This document shows, piece after piece, positions 42,437 through 52,589 of a stretch of 64,000 nt of DNA. The stretch is from an uncultured Clostridia bacterium (GTDB taxonomy: Bacteria; Bacillota; Clostridia; TANB77; CAG-508). A model generated the notes under the pieces. That model was given only the letters and a program-made list of their open reading frames with translations. It ran no database searches and was not told the origin of the DNA. The DNA lies in NCBI GenBank assembly GCA_948891265.1, contig CAQUBD010000004.1, positions 4,223 to 68,222 on the forward strand. The letters are read 5' to 3'. The number at the start of each line of letters is the position of its first letter. Within the stretch, counting starts at the first letter, position 1. A program made the position numbers and the translations under genes.

Positions 42437-42503
42437 AAATTTCTCATAATATAACTGCTTTGTTTATCTTTTGGTAATTGTATCATTCTTTTATTGTTTG
42501 CTT

Positions 42504-42520
42504 TGTCGAATTTTGTCATA
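42504..42520 (+). promoter_or_regulatory. tandem Spo0A-box-like direct repeat TGTCGAA-TTT-TGTCATA upstream of the cas9/tracrRNA region
   Basis: Same 7-3-7 architecture as 5441-5457 and 8849-8865. Confidence 0.3.
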
Positions 42521-42640
42521 ACAGATAAAAAATTGTAAACTAAAAGAAACTTTTTTAGTATTTATAGATCAATATTAAAAAGTAAACCTCAATTATTAAA
42601 CTTCTTGTCTAATAATTGAAGTTTATATCATACTTCTACT

Positions 42641-43552
42641 TTATTTTTCTATTCTTATATTTGCCCCTAATTTTCTTAATTTGTCATCTAAATTTTCATA
42701 TCCCCTTAATATATACTCAATATTATCAACCTTTGTTTTCCCCTTAGCAATGAGTCCAGCCAATATTAATGCAGCTCCTCCTCTTAAATCTGTTGCCTTA
42801 ACTTCTGTTCCATATAATTTCCTCACACCACGTATTATTGCACTTTTTCCCTCTATAGTAATTTTTGCTCCCATTCTATTTAATTCTTGTGTATACTTAT
42901 ATCTGTTTTCAAAAATATTTTCTACTATTATAGATGTTCCTTTTGCTGTTGTTAGCATTGATGCTATTACTGATTGCATATCTGTTGGAAATCCAGGATA
43001 TGGCATTGTTTTTATATCTAAAGCTTTTAATTTTTTTGGAGCTATTAGATTTATTTTATTTTTCTCTATATTTATTTTACAATCGGCTTCCTCTAATTTA
43101 TTTATTATTGGAGTTATATGTGTACTATTTACATTTTCTAATAAAATATTTCCTTTATTTGCTGCTGCAAAACATAAAAAAGATCCTGCTTCTATTCTGT
43201 CTGGCATTATATTATAACTTACATCTTTTAATTTTTTTACTCCTTCTATCTGTATTTTATCTGTTCCTGCTCCAATTATTTTAGCCCCCATTCTGTTTAA
43301 CATATCTTGTAAATCTGTTATTTCTGGTTCCCTTGCTGCATTTGTTATTATTGTTGTGCCTTCTGCTAACACACTTGCTAATATTATGTTTTCTGTTGCT
43401 CCTACACTTGGAAAATCTAAATCTATTTTTTCTCCTTTTATTTTCTCTGTAGAACATTCTATTCTTCCATGATTTTGATTTACTTCTATTCCTAATCTTT
43501 CAAAGCTTTTTAGATGTAAATCTATTGGTCTTGAGCCAATATCACACCCTCC
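42641..43552 (-). pseudogene. murA: murA 3' segment (residues ~115-418 of UDP-N-acetylglucosamine 1-carboxyvinyltransferase), separated from its 5' segment by an inserted element
   Basis: Open frame ..GGCDIGSRPIDLHLKSFERLGIEVNQ..SVLAEGTTIITNAAREPEI..DLRGGAALILAGL.. without its own start. Confidence 0.9.
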
Positions 43553-45185
43553 TGTTTGTGATAGTTTGTGGGTACATGAATTTCAAGTGCAATGCTAGCC
43601 CCCCATTTTCGTACAGCTCTTGATACATTTCATTGTTTAAGTTATATTCTTGTTTGATATCTTGAGTTATTTCGTGTTGGTCAAATACTACGATTTTATC
43701 AAATAATCTTGATAATTCTTCTTTTGTTAAACCATTATTTTTTATATCATCTATTGCTTTAAATATCAAATCTTCTTTGTCTTCTAGCTTATTTAGAGTA
43801 TTAAATTTGCTTTCCGTTTCTTGCAATTTTTCTTTTTCCTTTTTTATTTTCTTTTCTAATTCCTGCTTTTTATCTTTGTATATGAACTCTGGAATTAAGT
43901 CATTTAACTTATCTTCATAAACTTGTTTAAATTGTTTTTCCAATTTTTCTAAAACTTGTTTTGATTTATTCACTTGTTTTTCTAGTATTACTTTGTTAGT
44001 ACTAATTGATTTTACATTATCCATAACAAAGTTTTTAAATTCTGGGTTACTTACTAAATTGTCTATGTAAGCATTTACGATCTGGTCTAGGTATTCAATT
44101 CGTATTCTGTGTGGTTTACACCCATAATCTGGCCTTATCTCTTTTATGCTTCCTTCGTTACTGTATTTTTTACACAAATAACTATCTGGTCTTTTCCTTG
44201 TTCCAGTACTTCCTTTTCTTTTATACATGGCTGTTCCACATCTTCCACAATATAAAAGTCCTGAATACAAGTTATTTTCTACATCTACAAATTTAAAGCC
44301 ATTATTATATTGATCACTTTCTTTTTTTCTTTTCTTCCTAATTTTTTGTACTTTTTCAAATAACTCGTTTTCAATAATTGGTTCGTGATGATTTTCTATT
44401 ATAGTCCATTCTTCTTGTGGCTTTACCATTGTTTTTTTAGATTTAAAACTTATCTTTTCTGTTCGCCCACCTACATAATCGCCAATATATCTTCTATCGT
44501 CTAAAATTCTCACAATGTGTTGTGCTTTCCAATTTGCTGTTTGTTTTGCATTTATAAAATTTCTACTTTGAGATGGTGTTAGTATTCCTTTTTTATTTAA
44601 GTGTGTTGCTATCTTTTGATATCCCCAGCTTTTAGAATATAACTCAAAAATTTCTTTTACTACTAGTGCTGTTTCCTCATTAATAACTAGATTTTTTCCA
44701 TCTTTGTTATATCCATAAATTGCTTTTACTAATAAGTCACCTTCTTCTATCTTATGTCTTAAATTTCTTCTTATATTTTTGCTATCATCTCTTGCTCTTC
44801 TTTCATTAAACCATGCATATAAACCAAACATTTCCTCATTATATTGCTCATCTTCAAATATGATTTCTACACCCTGTTCTTCTAGATATTCTACAAATTC
44901 TAATGCTTCTCTCTGATTTCTTCCAAGTCTTGCAGAGTTCTTAAAAACAATTACATCTATTTGCTTTTTTTGAGCTCTTTCTCTTATATCATCAAATCTA
45001 CTAAAGTCAGTTCCACTTTTGTCATCGTCCATTATAATATCTACTATATTTGTATATCCATGACTTTTACAGTATTTTACTAGCAAATCTCTTTGTGTTT
45101 CTATTCTCTCATAGTTTTCGCCATAGTCATCTCTACTTTCTCTGCAATAAATTACTACTCTTTTTTCCTCATTAGACTTTTTCAT
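43542..45185 (-). CDS. large serine recombinase (547 aa)
   Basis: ..VVIYCRESRDD.. catalytic Ser region, recombinase domain, Cys-rich zinc ribbon (CGRCG..C..C), C-terminal coiled coil. The last ~4 codons and the stop lie in the junction core. Confidence 0.9.
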   Translation of the reverse strand: MKKSNEEKRVVIYCRESRDDYGENYERIETQRDLLVKYCKSHGYTNIVDIIMDDDKSGTDFSRFDDIRERAQKKQIDVIVFKNSARLGRNQREALEFVEYLEEQGVEIIFEDEQYNEEMFGLYAWFNERRARDDSKNIRRNLRHKIEEGDLLVKAIYGYNKDGKNLVINEETALVVKEIFELYSKSWGYQKIATHLNKKGILTPSQSRNFINAKQTANWKAQHIVRILDDRRYIGDYVGGRTEKISFKSKKTMVKPQEEWTIIENHHEPIIENELFEKVQKIRKKRKKESDQYNNGFKFVDVENNLYSGLLYCGRCGTAMYKRKGSTGTRKRPDSYLCKKYSNEGSIKEIRPDYGCKPHRIRIEYLDQIVNAYIDNLVSNPEFKNFVMDNVKSISTNKVILEKQVNKSKQVLEKLEKQFKQVYEDKLNDLIPEFIYKDKKQELEKKIKKEKEKLQETESKFNTLNKLEDKEDLIFKAIDDIKNNGLTKEELSRLFDKIVVFDQHEITQDIKQEYNLNNEMYQELYENGGLALHLKFMYPQTITNRRV

Positions 45186-45313
45186 AGATTACCTCCGCTT
45201 CATAATGTATCAATAACATTAGTTTTATATTATTGTCTTATTGTAGTTATTATATGTTAAAAGTTCTAAAATTTTAAGAATATTCTTGAAATTTTAGAAC
45301 TTTTTCTTTTAAA

Positions 45314-46141
45314 CTACTTTCTTTTTTTCCTATTATGTGCTATATTAAATATGCTAATAATTAATATAATTGAAATGCCTATCATTGCATATAACAAATT
45401 ATTATTTTCTATTATTTTACTTTCGTTTTCACTATTTTGTAGATCCTTCGTTTCTTCACTCCAAATCCCGAGTTTATTATTTTTTGCAGTTTCTTCACTT
45501 TCTTGTAACATTCCAGCATATTTATAATTATTCTGTAACATATAAGTTTCGGCTAATCCATTTTCAACTAATAAATTTTGTAATAATTCATCATCTATCC
45601 ATATCCAAGCTAAATATCTATCATATTTATCTTTTTCATCTGCTGAACTATCAAACTCCAATTCAATTTTAGTAGCATTTTTTAGTTTTTCTTTTGTAAA
45701 ATCACTTGCTTCTTTTCCCCATTCTTCTTCGCCAATTTCTGGATGTACAGTTTCTTTTGTATTTATTCCTAAAAATCTAACAGTTATTTGTGCTCCATTC
45801 ATTTTAAATTTTGCAGTATCTCCATCTACAGTTTCTACTAATTCTACTTCAATTCTATTTGCGCCTTCATCATAATCGTTTTCTATTTTATTAAAATTTT
45901 CATCATAATATACGGCTGGCATAACAATTACCCATTTTTTATTTTCTTCATCCCATTTTACTTGATGATAATGGATTACTCCATTTTCTTTGTGATAACC
46001 ATAATATTTTCCATTATATTCAGTTATATTTTTTGAATCTTTGTCTTTCCAACCTGTAATATTTCCACCATGTGCAAAACTCACATTGCTTACACATATT
46101 AACATCACTATACTTATTATTATATTTCTTACTTTTTTCAT
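45314..46141 (-). CDS. secreted/anchored thermonuclease (SNase-like)
   Basis: Signal peptide MKKVRNIIISIVMLICVSNVSFA, ..VDGDTAKF..VRFLGINTKE.. SNase motifs, C-terminal TM anchor. Confidence 0.75.
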   Translation of the reverse strand: MKKVRNIIISIVMLICVSNVSFAHGGNITGWKDKDSKNITEYNGKYYGYHKENGVIHYHQVKWDEENKKWVIVMPAVYYDENFNKIENDYDEGANRIEVELVETVDGDTAKFKMNGAQITVRFLGINTKETVHPEIGEEEWGKEASDFTKEKLKNATKIELEFDSSADEKDKYDRYLAWIWIDDELLQNLLVENGLAETYMLQNNYKYAGMLQESEETAKNNKLGIWSEETKDLQNSENESKIIENNNLLYAMIGISIILIISIFNIAHNRKKRK

Positions 46142-46291
46142 TATTATCACCAAACAAACGGACTAACAAATTCTAAAAAGCAAAGCTTTTAAGTATTTGT
46201 AACGTTCGCATAATTTATTTGTACGGAAATTGCACTCTTCGAGTTGCACTTTCCTACAACTAAAAAAATTATACCATAAGGAGGAATTATT

Positions 46292-46861
46292 TTGAACGAT
46301 TTTTTAAGCTTTTCATTAAATAGCTTAAATTTATTACATAATAAAATTCATGATAATATCAACGGCAGTTTAGTTGATAACTTTATTCATGAATTGAAAA
46401 GCTATTTAGAATTACAATCAAATGATAAAATATTAGAAAATTTACCTGATAGTACAAATCTGCATTTTGCAAAATTTGAGGGAAATTTCGCTGTTTGCTT
46501 TGATTACTCTTCTAAAACTATATATAATATTCCTAAATCCTACTTAAAAGGAACAACTCCCGAAGTTGGAGAAGCTATAAAAAAAGTTTCTTCAAAAGAT
46601 TTTCGTGTAGATACTACAGGAATTTCAGCAAATGCAAATGATATTGACAAACTTTTAAGTGAATGCAGTTATTCTACTCTTTCTTCAAAAATAAGTATAT
46701 TACCAGAATATTATAAGATTTCTGATATTAGTGTGGATTTTGCTGTTTGCAAGAATCTAACTACTAACAAGCCAGAAAATATCCCCATAGATGACATTCC
46801 CAAAGATGCCAAAAATGGCGATACTTTAGTTTATAAAAATGGTAAGTTTATTATAAAATAA
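46292..46861 (+). CDS. hypothetical 189-aa protein (TTG start after AAGGAGG)
   Basis: ORF plus strong RBS only. Confidence 0.4.
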   Translation: MNDFLSFSLNSLNLLHNKIHDNINGSLVDNFIHELKSYLELQSNDKILENLPDSTNLHFAKFEGNFAVCFDYSSKTIYNIPKSYLKGTTPEVGEAIKKVSSKDFRVDTTGISANANDIDKLLSECSYSTLSSKISILPEYYKISDISVDFAVCKNLTTNKPENIPIDDIPKDAKNGDTLVYKNGKFIIK

Positions 46862-46902
46862 TTACTTTGACTTTCAACACATTACAAATTGTAATGTGTT
46901 AG

Positions 46903-47898
46903 TTAATTATTTTTATTATTATCTTTTAACATTTTTACCATTCTATCAAAATCACTTTCTAATTGTTTCATTTCTCTATCTCTATATATTTCAAATTCTT
47001 TTTCTGCTTTTTCTATTGCTTCTTGATGAGATATTCTTCCTTTTCCTTCAAGAAGTTTTCTTTTATTTTGTACAATTTGATTGTCTAATTCATCTATCCA
47101 ATCATTCATTGTCATTGCTCGTTGTTCTAATGCTTGAAATTCTGCATAATCTAAAAATTGTGAAACCAGCAAACTCAATCTTTGTAATTCAATTTCTGAA
47201 AGATAGTTTTTAGCAATTTTCACATCATCAACTGTTACATAATCTCCTTTAAAATTAGTCATTTCCACAAAAGGCTTTTTATTGTCCACTCTATCATATA
47301 TCAATTCCGCTGCAGTATGTTCATGAACTGCGAAATGAAGTTTGTTTTGTACTGTTGCAAAAAATTTTTTAGTCAAATCAGAACGTGGATCATAATCTAT
47401 TGAAGTTGCATATATATCTGTAACTTGCTGATAAAAATTTCTTTCCGAAGAACGAATATCTCTAATTCTTTGTAATAATTCTCTGAAATATCTATTTCCA
47501 CCTTGTTTTAATCTTTCATCATCCATTGTAAAACCTTTTTGCATATATTCGTGTAATCTTTGAGTTGCCCATATTCTAAATCTTGTTGCAACTTGTGATT
47601 GTACTCTATATCCTAATGCAATTATCATATCTAAATTATAATGATCAATATTTCTCTTAACCTGCCTATTTCCTTCACTTTGAACTAATAAGAATTTCTT
47701 ATTAGTTGAATCATTAGTTAATTCACCATCTTTATAAATATGATTTATATGCATTGAAATATTTTCTTGTGTAGTTTTATATATTTCAGCAATTTAATTT
47801 TGTGTTAACCATATATCTTCATCATTAAATTTTACAGAAATTTTAGTAACACCATCTTCATCTTGATAAATTATTATATTATTTTCATTTTTTTGCAT
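46903..47898 (-). pseudogene. RhuM-family protein interrupted by an in-frame TAA (47794-47796)
   Basis: MQKNENNIIIYQDEDGVTKISVKFNDEDIWLTQN-TAA-IAEIYKTTQENISMHINHIYKDGEL.. is one frame (47796 and 47754 congruent mod 3). The stop sits where family members usually have Gln (CAA). Confidence 0.65.
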
Positions 47899-48574
47899 TT
47901 TTATTTCTCCATTCATTATAAAATATTCTTTTGTAATCATTTTGCAGGTGTTGGCAAAATGATAATTTTTATATAATGTATTCAACTGTTCGGATTTTCC
48001 GAACAACTGAATTTTCTTTAAATTTGTACTATTTCATTTAATATATTAGTTATATCATAAGCCCAAAAATATTTCAACACTTCTGCGAAATTTTGTTTTG
48101 TTTTTATCTGTATTTTTCTTTTATTCTATCAGAAATAATATCAGTGAATATCTGTTTATAATCCTCATCTTCGCCAACATTTGACTTAGGACATATAAAA
48201 ACTGCAAATGGTAATTTATCTTTTGCTTTTTTATTTATATTTGTGTCTTTATTGTTCCTTTTTTCCAGAGTATCCACCTACCTTTTCATTTTTAATTATA
48301 TTGTTATATTGTTTGTACTTATTACTAAAAACCTATAAAAAACTGTAAGTGGTAACTTAAATACTCATATAAGATTTGGTCTCATTCCTCCTTCAGAGAA
48401 TAGCCTCTTTACATCTTGTTAGCCAGACAGAAATTTCATTAAAAGAAAATAAATTTAAAGAATCGTCTGAATTCGTGCACCAATTTTACACATGTAAAAT
48501 TGTGTGAAATTTATTTATAGTATAGGAAAAATGAAACTTCTAGTCGTATTCACAACCAGAAGTTTCATTTTCAA

Positions 48575-48820
48575 TTACTGCTCATCACTGAGCTTTGAAG
48601 GCATTTTCACAACGCGTTTGGCATTTCCATCAACAATAATACGATGCATTTTCCAGCCGATTTCTTCAACGTGACTACGCATCTGGCTCCAAGCGGTATC
48701 GGAGATAGTTCTGTATTCATAATAGCCCAGACCTTTTTTGAGCAAATCTTGTCTCATCTTATCTGCTTCATTGACGTCAGGTGAAGAGTCATGCTTTACT
48801 ATCAAAATTCTTGTATCCAT
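48575..48820 (-). CDS. hypothetical 81-aa protein, conspicuously GC-richer than the rest of the window; candidate recombination directionality factor by position only
   Basis: ORF at the recombinase-distal end of the element, 30-50 nt from the junction core; followed by a hairpin terminator (~48530-48570). Confidence 0.35.
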   Translation of the reverse strand: MDTRILIVKHDSSPDVNEADKMRQDLLKKGLGYYEYRTISDTAWSQMRSHVEEIGWKMHRIIVDGNAKRVVKMPSKLSDEQ

Positions 48821-48867
48821 TCATTTATCTTAAACTTGTCCGATGTATCCACCAAATATCGCAATCC

Positions 48868-49208
48868 CCTGGATGCGTGAACATTGCTTTTTTATATTTT
48901 CCAACTAACGCTCCTGCTAATATTACAGATGAACGCATTTTATGCATCAATTCTGATGAAATTTCATATTTTGTTATATTTGATGTATCTATTATTACTT
49001 TTCCATTTTTCTTTTCTATTTTTGCACCTATTTCTTCTAAAATTTTAAACATTAATTGTGTATCTCTTATATTTGGTACATTATATAATGTACTTTTTCC
49101 AGCATTCAATATTGTTGCTGCAATTATTGGAAGTGAGGAATTCTTTGAGCCTGATATCTTTACTGTTCCTTCTAATCTATTTCCTCCTTCTATTATGTAC
49201 TTTAACAT
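48868..49208 (-). pseudogene. murA: murA 5' segment (residues 1-~114)
   Basis: MLKYIIEGGNRLEGTVKISGSKNSSLPIIAATIL..KKAMFTHPG, then reads into element DNA (DCDIWWIHRTSLR*); RBS before the ATG at 49208. Confidence 0.9.
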
Positions 49209-49278
49209 CTCTCTTCCACCTTTCACTTTTATTTTGCTATATATTATGTTTTCTTTACGTAAAAAGTGAATTCTTATT

Positions 49279-49941
49279 TTATTTTTTAAACATTTTTATT
49301 CTATTTTTAATTTTCTCAACAACTTCATCTATTGTCAAGTCTGTTGAATCAATAATAATTGCATCTTCTGCCTTTTTTAAAGCTCCTACTTTTTTGTGCA
49401 TATCATTATAATCTCTCATCTTTACATTTTCTAATACTTCTTCATATGTCATATCTATACCATTTTGCATATTTTCGGCATATCTTCTTTGAGCTCTTAC
49501 TTCTTCACTTGCATCTAAATAGATTTTTATATCTGCATTTGGAAATACTACTGTACCAATATCTCTACCTTCAACTATTACATTTTTACCTTTTGCTAAA
49601 TTTCTTTGAACTTGTACCATTTTTTCTCTTACAGCAATTATTGATGAAACTTGAGATACCACTGCAGTTACTTCTTTTGTTCTTATTTTATCTGTAACAT
49701 TTTCTCCATTTAATATAACAATATCTTTATCTATTGTATTATTTATTTTGATGTCTATATTATTTGCTATTTCAATTATATTTCTTTCATCATCTAATTT
49801 TAATCCTTTTCTTAAAACTTCTAGTGCTACACATCTATATGTTATTCCTGTATCTAGATTTAGAAAACCCAATTCTTTCTCTATCATTTTTGTAACTGTA
49901 CCTTTTCCACTTCCAGCTGGTCCATCAACTGCTACTATCAT
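49279..49941 (-). CDS. cmk: cytidylate kinase
   Basis: MIVAVDGPAGSGKGTV P-loop; full-length Cmk pattern; ATG at 49941 after GGAGGAG. Confidence 0.92.
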   Translation of the reverse strand: MIVAVDGPAGSGKGTVTKMIEKELGFLNLDTGITYRCVALEVLRKGLKLDDERNIIEIANNIDIKINNTIDKDIVILNGENVTDKIRTKEVTAVVSQVSSIIAVREKMVQVQRNLAKGKNVIVEGRDIGTVVFPNADIKIYLDASEEVRAQRRYAENMQNGIDMTYEEVLENVKMRDYNDMHKKVGALKKAEDAIIIDSTDLTIDEVVEKIKNRIKMFKK

Positions 49942-50137
49942 TTGTACTCCTCCTAACATTTTTTATTAATTATATCAAAGCACATTTTTTTGTCAATTAA
50001 AAAATATGTCCTCGACTAAAAATTTTTTTCTGCAAATCTTTACAAATTTCTACAACTAATATACAATAACATTGAATTAATAAATATCAAAAAAATGGAA
50101 ATACTATAAAGAGGAAAATTTTTTTGGAGGAAAACAA

Positions 50138-52528
50138 ATGAAGAAAAGAAATGAGTTAAATTTTAAAGATCTAAAAATGACATGTGATACAAATATATTT
50201 AACTTTGAAACAACAAAGGAAGTAGAAGATATCACAACAGGAATTGGACAAGAAAGAGGAATAAAAGCATTAGAATTTGGATTACAAGTAGATGTAAAAG
50301 GATATAATCTATATCTTGAAGGTCCTAGTGGTGTAGGAAAAACAATGTATACAAAAAATTACTTAGATAAAATTTCTAAAAAGCAGAAAACACCTTCAGA
50401 TTGGTGCTATATTTATAATTTTGATAATCCCAATGAACCTATTGCTGTTTCTTTACCTGCAGGTCAAGGTAAAGAATTTAAAGATTCAATGGATGGATTC
50501 ATTTTAGAAGTAAAAAAAGATATCAAAAAGACTTTTAATGCTGATGATTTCGAAAAAGAAAAAGCTTTAATAAAACAAGAATTTGAAGAAAAACGTTCAT
50601 ATTTACTAGAAAAATTAAATGAAGATGCCTCAAAATATAATTTTCAGGTAAAGTCTTCTCAAAATGGTATTTATATGATGCCAATAGTTGAAGGTAAAGC
50701 AATAGATGAAGAAGAATTTGATAAATTGGATTCTAATATAAAACAAGAATATGAGGAAAAATCTGTTATTGTTCAAAATCAAATAATGGAAGTTATTGAA
50801 CAAATAAAAACTATTGAAAGACAATCTGATAAAAAGATTTCTGAATGGCAATCAAATATTGCATTACTTACTATAAATGTACACATTAATTACTTAAAAT
50901 CTAAATTCAAAAGAAATAAGAAAATAACAAAATTCTTAAATGATGTTAAGCAAAACATATTAAAAAATGTTTCATATTTTGTTGATGAGGATAAAGAAAA
51001 AGAGAAACAACAACAAGTAAATCCCGCTAATAGAAAACAAGATCCTTCATTAAATTATAGAGTTAACTTATTTGTTGACAATTCTAATCGTGAAGGTGCT
51101 CCTGTTATAATGGACTCAAATTATTCATATCACAATATATTTGGTTCTCTTGAATATGAAAATTATTATGGTTCTTTGAAAACAGATCATACTATGTTAA
51201 AGTCTGGTCTGTTACAGCAAGCAAATGGAGGATATATTATTTTTCAAGCAAAAGATTTATTACAGAATAATATGTGTTATGAAGCTTTAAAAAAGGCTTT
51301 AAGAGTAAAAGAACTAAGTATAGAAAATGCTGCTGAACAACGTGCATCAATGGTTATGGTTTCTCTAAAGCCTGAGCCTATTCCTATTGATTTAAAAGTC
51401 ATTTTAATTGGTAATAGTTCTATTTATCAAACACTTTTAGCTATGGACTCAGACTTTAGAAAATTATTTAAAATAAAAGTAGAATTTGAAGATGATGCTC
51501 CATTTAATAAAGAAAATGCAAATAAATTAGCTTCAATTATACATGGGTTCTGTGAATCAGAGGAACTTCCTCATTTAGATAAAGCTGCAATGTCAAGACT
51601 TATTGAATACGCTTCTAAATTAGCTGGAAGTCACAAAAAGTTGTCAACTAGATTCAATGATTTAATACAAATTACTGGTGAAGCTGCTACTTGGGCTAAA
51701 ATTTCGAAGTCAAAAGTTGTAACTAAGGAATTTGTTGATAAAGCTCTAGCTGAAAGAATTGAAAGAGTAAAAAAATTTGATTCTAAATATATGGAAATGA
51801 TACGAGATAATTCATTACTTATTGATACATCTGGATATGAAGTTGGCACTTTAAACGGTCTAACTGTTATGACAATTGGAGATTATTCTTTTGGTAAACC
51901 TGCAAAAATAACAGTTAATACTTATACTGGCAAAAATGGAATTGTTAATATAGAAAGAGAAGTCGAACTTTCTGGTTCTACACATTCAAAAGGTGTATTA
52001 ATATTAACTGGATATTTAGGCGAAATGTTTGCACAAGATATCCCACTATCTTTAACTGCTAGTATTTGTTTTGAACAATTATATAATGGTGTTGATGGCG
52101 ATAGTGCATCAAGTACAGAGCTTTATGGTTTACTTTCTAGTCTTTCTGGAATACCTATAAATCAGGCAATAGCTGTTACTGGTTCTGTTAACCAAAAGGG
52201 CCAGATCCAACCTATTGGAGGTGTTAATGAAAAAATTGAAGGTTATTTTCAAATTTGTAAAATGCGTGGATTAGATGGTTCACATGGTGTTATGATACCT
52301 GTTCAAAATATTGATAATTTACAATTATCAGATGAAATTGTTGATTCTGTTAAAAATGGTTTATTCCATATTTATGCAATTTCTACAATTGAAGAAGGTA
52401 TTGAAGTTTTAACTGGTGTTCCTGCAGGAAAGAAAGATAAAAGTGGTCATTTCCCAGCTGGTACTGTTAATTATCTAGTTTATGAAAAACTTAAAAAATA
52501 TGCAAAAGTTAGTGAAAAAACTTTATAA
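50138..52528 (+). CDS. Lon-like ATP-dependent protease (COG1067/LonC-type, 796 aa)
   Basis: Walker A GPSGVGKT; C-terminal Lon protease domain with VDGDSASS (Ser) and GGVNEKIEG (Lys). Confidence 0.8.
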   Translation: MKKRNELNFKDLKMTCDTNIFNFETTKEVEDITTGIGQERGIKALEFGLQVDVKGYNLYLEGPSGVGKTMYTKNYLDKISKKQKTPSDWCYIYNFDNPNEPIAVSLPAGQGKEFKDSMDGFILEVKKDIKKTFNADDFEKEKALIKQEFEEKRSYLLEKLNEDASKYNFQVKSSQNGIYMMPIVEGKAIDEEEFDKLDSNIKQEYEEKSVIVQNQIMEVIEQIKTIERQSDKKISEWQSNIALLTINVHINYLKSKFKRNKKITKFLNDVKQNILKNVSYFVDEDKEKEKQQQVNPANRKQDPSLNYRVNLFVDNSNREGAPVIMDSNYSYHNIFGSLEYENYYGSLKTDHTMLKSGLLQQANGGYIIFQAKDLLQNNMCYEALKKALRVKELSIENAAEQRASMVMVSLKPEPIPIDLKVILIGNSSIYQTLLAMDSDFRKLFKIKVEFEDDAPFNKENANKLASIIHGFCESEELPHLDKAAMSRLIEYASKLAGSHKKLSTRFNDLIQITGEAATWAKISKSKVVTKEFVDKALAERIERVKKFDSKYMEMIRDNSLLIDTSGYEVGTLNGLTVMTIGDYSFGKPAKITVNTYTGKNGIVNIEREVELSGSTHSKGVLILTGYLGEMFAQDIPLSLTASICFEQLYNGVDGDSASSTELYGLLSSLSGIPINQAIAVTGSVNQKGQIQPIGGVNEKIEGYFQICKMRGLDGSHGVMIPVQNIDNLQLSDEIVDSVKNGLFHIYAISTIEEGIEVLTGVPAGKKDKSGHFPAGTVNYLVYEKLKKYAKVSEKTL

Positions 52529-52530
52529 AA

Positions 52531-52567
52531 ATAAGATGTTCCAAATCTCTGGAACATCTTATTTTTA
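52531..52567. terminator. hairpin terminator between convergent genes
   Basis: AAGATGTTCCA-AATCTC-TGGAACATCTT followed by ATTTTT. Confidence 0.65.
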
Positions 52568-52589
52568 TATATTTAAATTAATATATTTT

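Larger units (their letters stand above)
43550..48870. mobile_element. ~5.3 kb integrated element with a large serine recombinase at one extreme end, inserted in murA
   Basis: murA halves at both flanks. Imperfectly similar junction cores CCAATATCACACCCTCCTG (43536-43554) and CCAAATATCGCAATCCCCTGG (48852-48872). Exact crossover not determinable. Confidence 0.8.

Noticed and set aside
46154-46291. Third copy of the 128-bp palindromic element
   Set aside because: Only scattered similarity (ACAAACGGACTAACAAATT.., ..GCAAAGCTTTT.., ..TTTGTACGGAAATT..). Too degenerate to call by eye; mentioned only as a possibility.
47899-48006. Upstream start (MFGKSEQLN..) of the ORF 47794-48006
   Set aside because: These codons are a near-perfect hairpin (TTCAACTGTTCGGA-TTTT-CCGAACAACTGAA) read from a TTG. 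The RhuM family begins near ..IIIYQDEDG.., and an ATG with an RBS is at 47898.
48840-48842. In-frame CGG (CAT-CGG-ACA) at the end of the murA 5' fragment, as a ninth recoding site
   Set aside because: It lies in element DNA read only because the murA frame runs across the insertion junction. Both frames stop within a few codons, so it carries no information.
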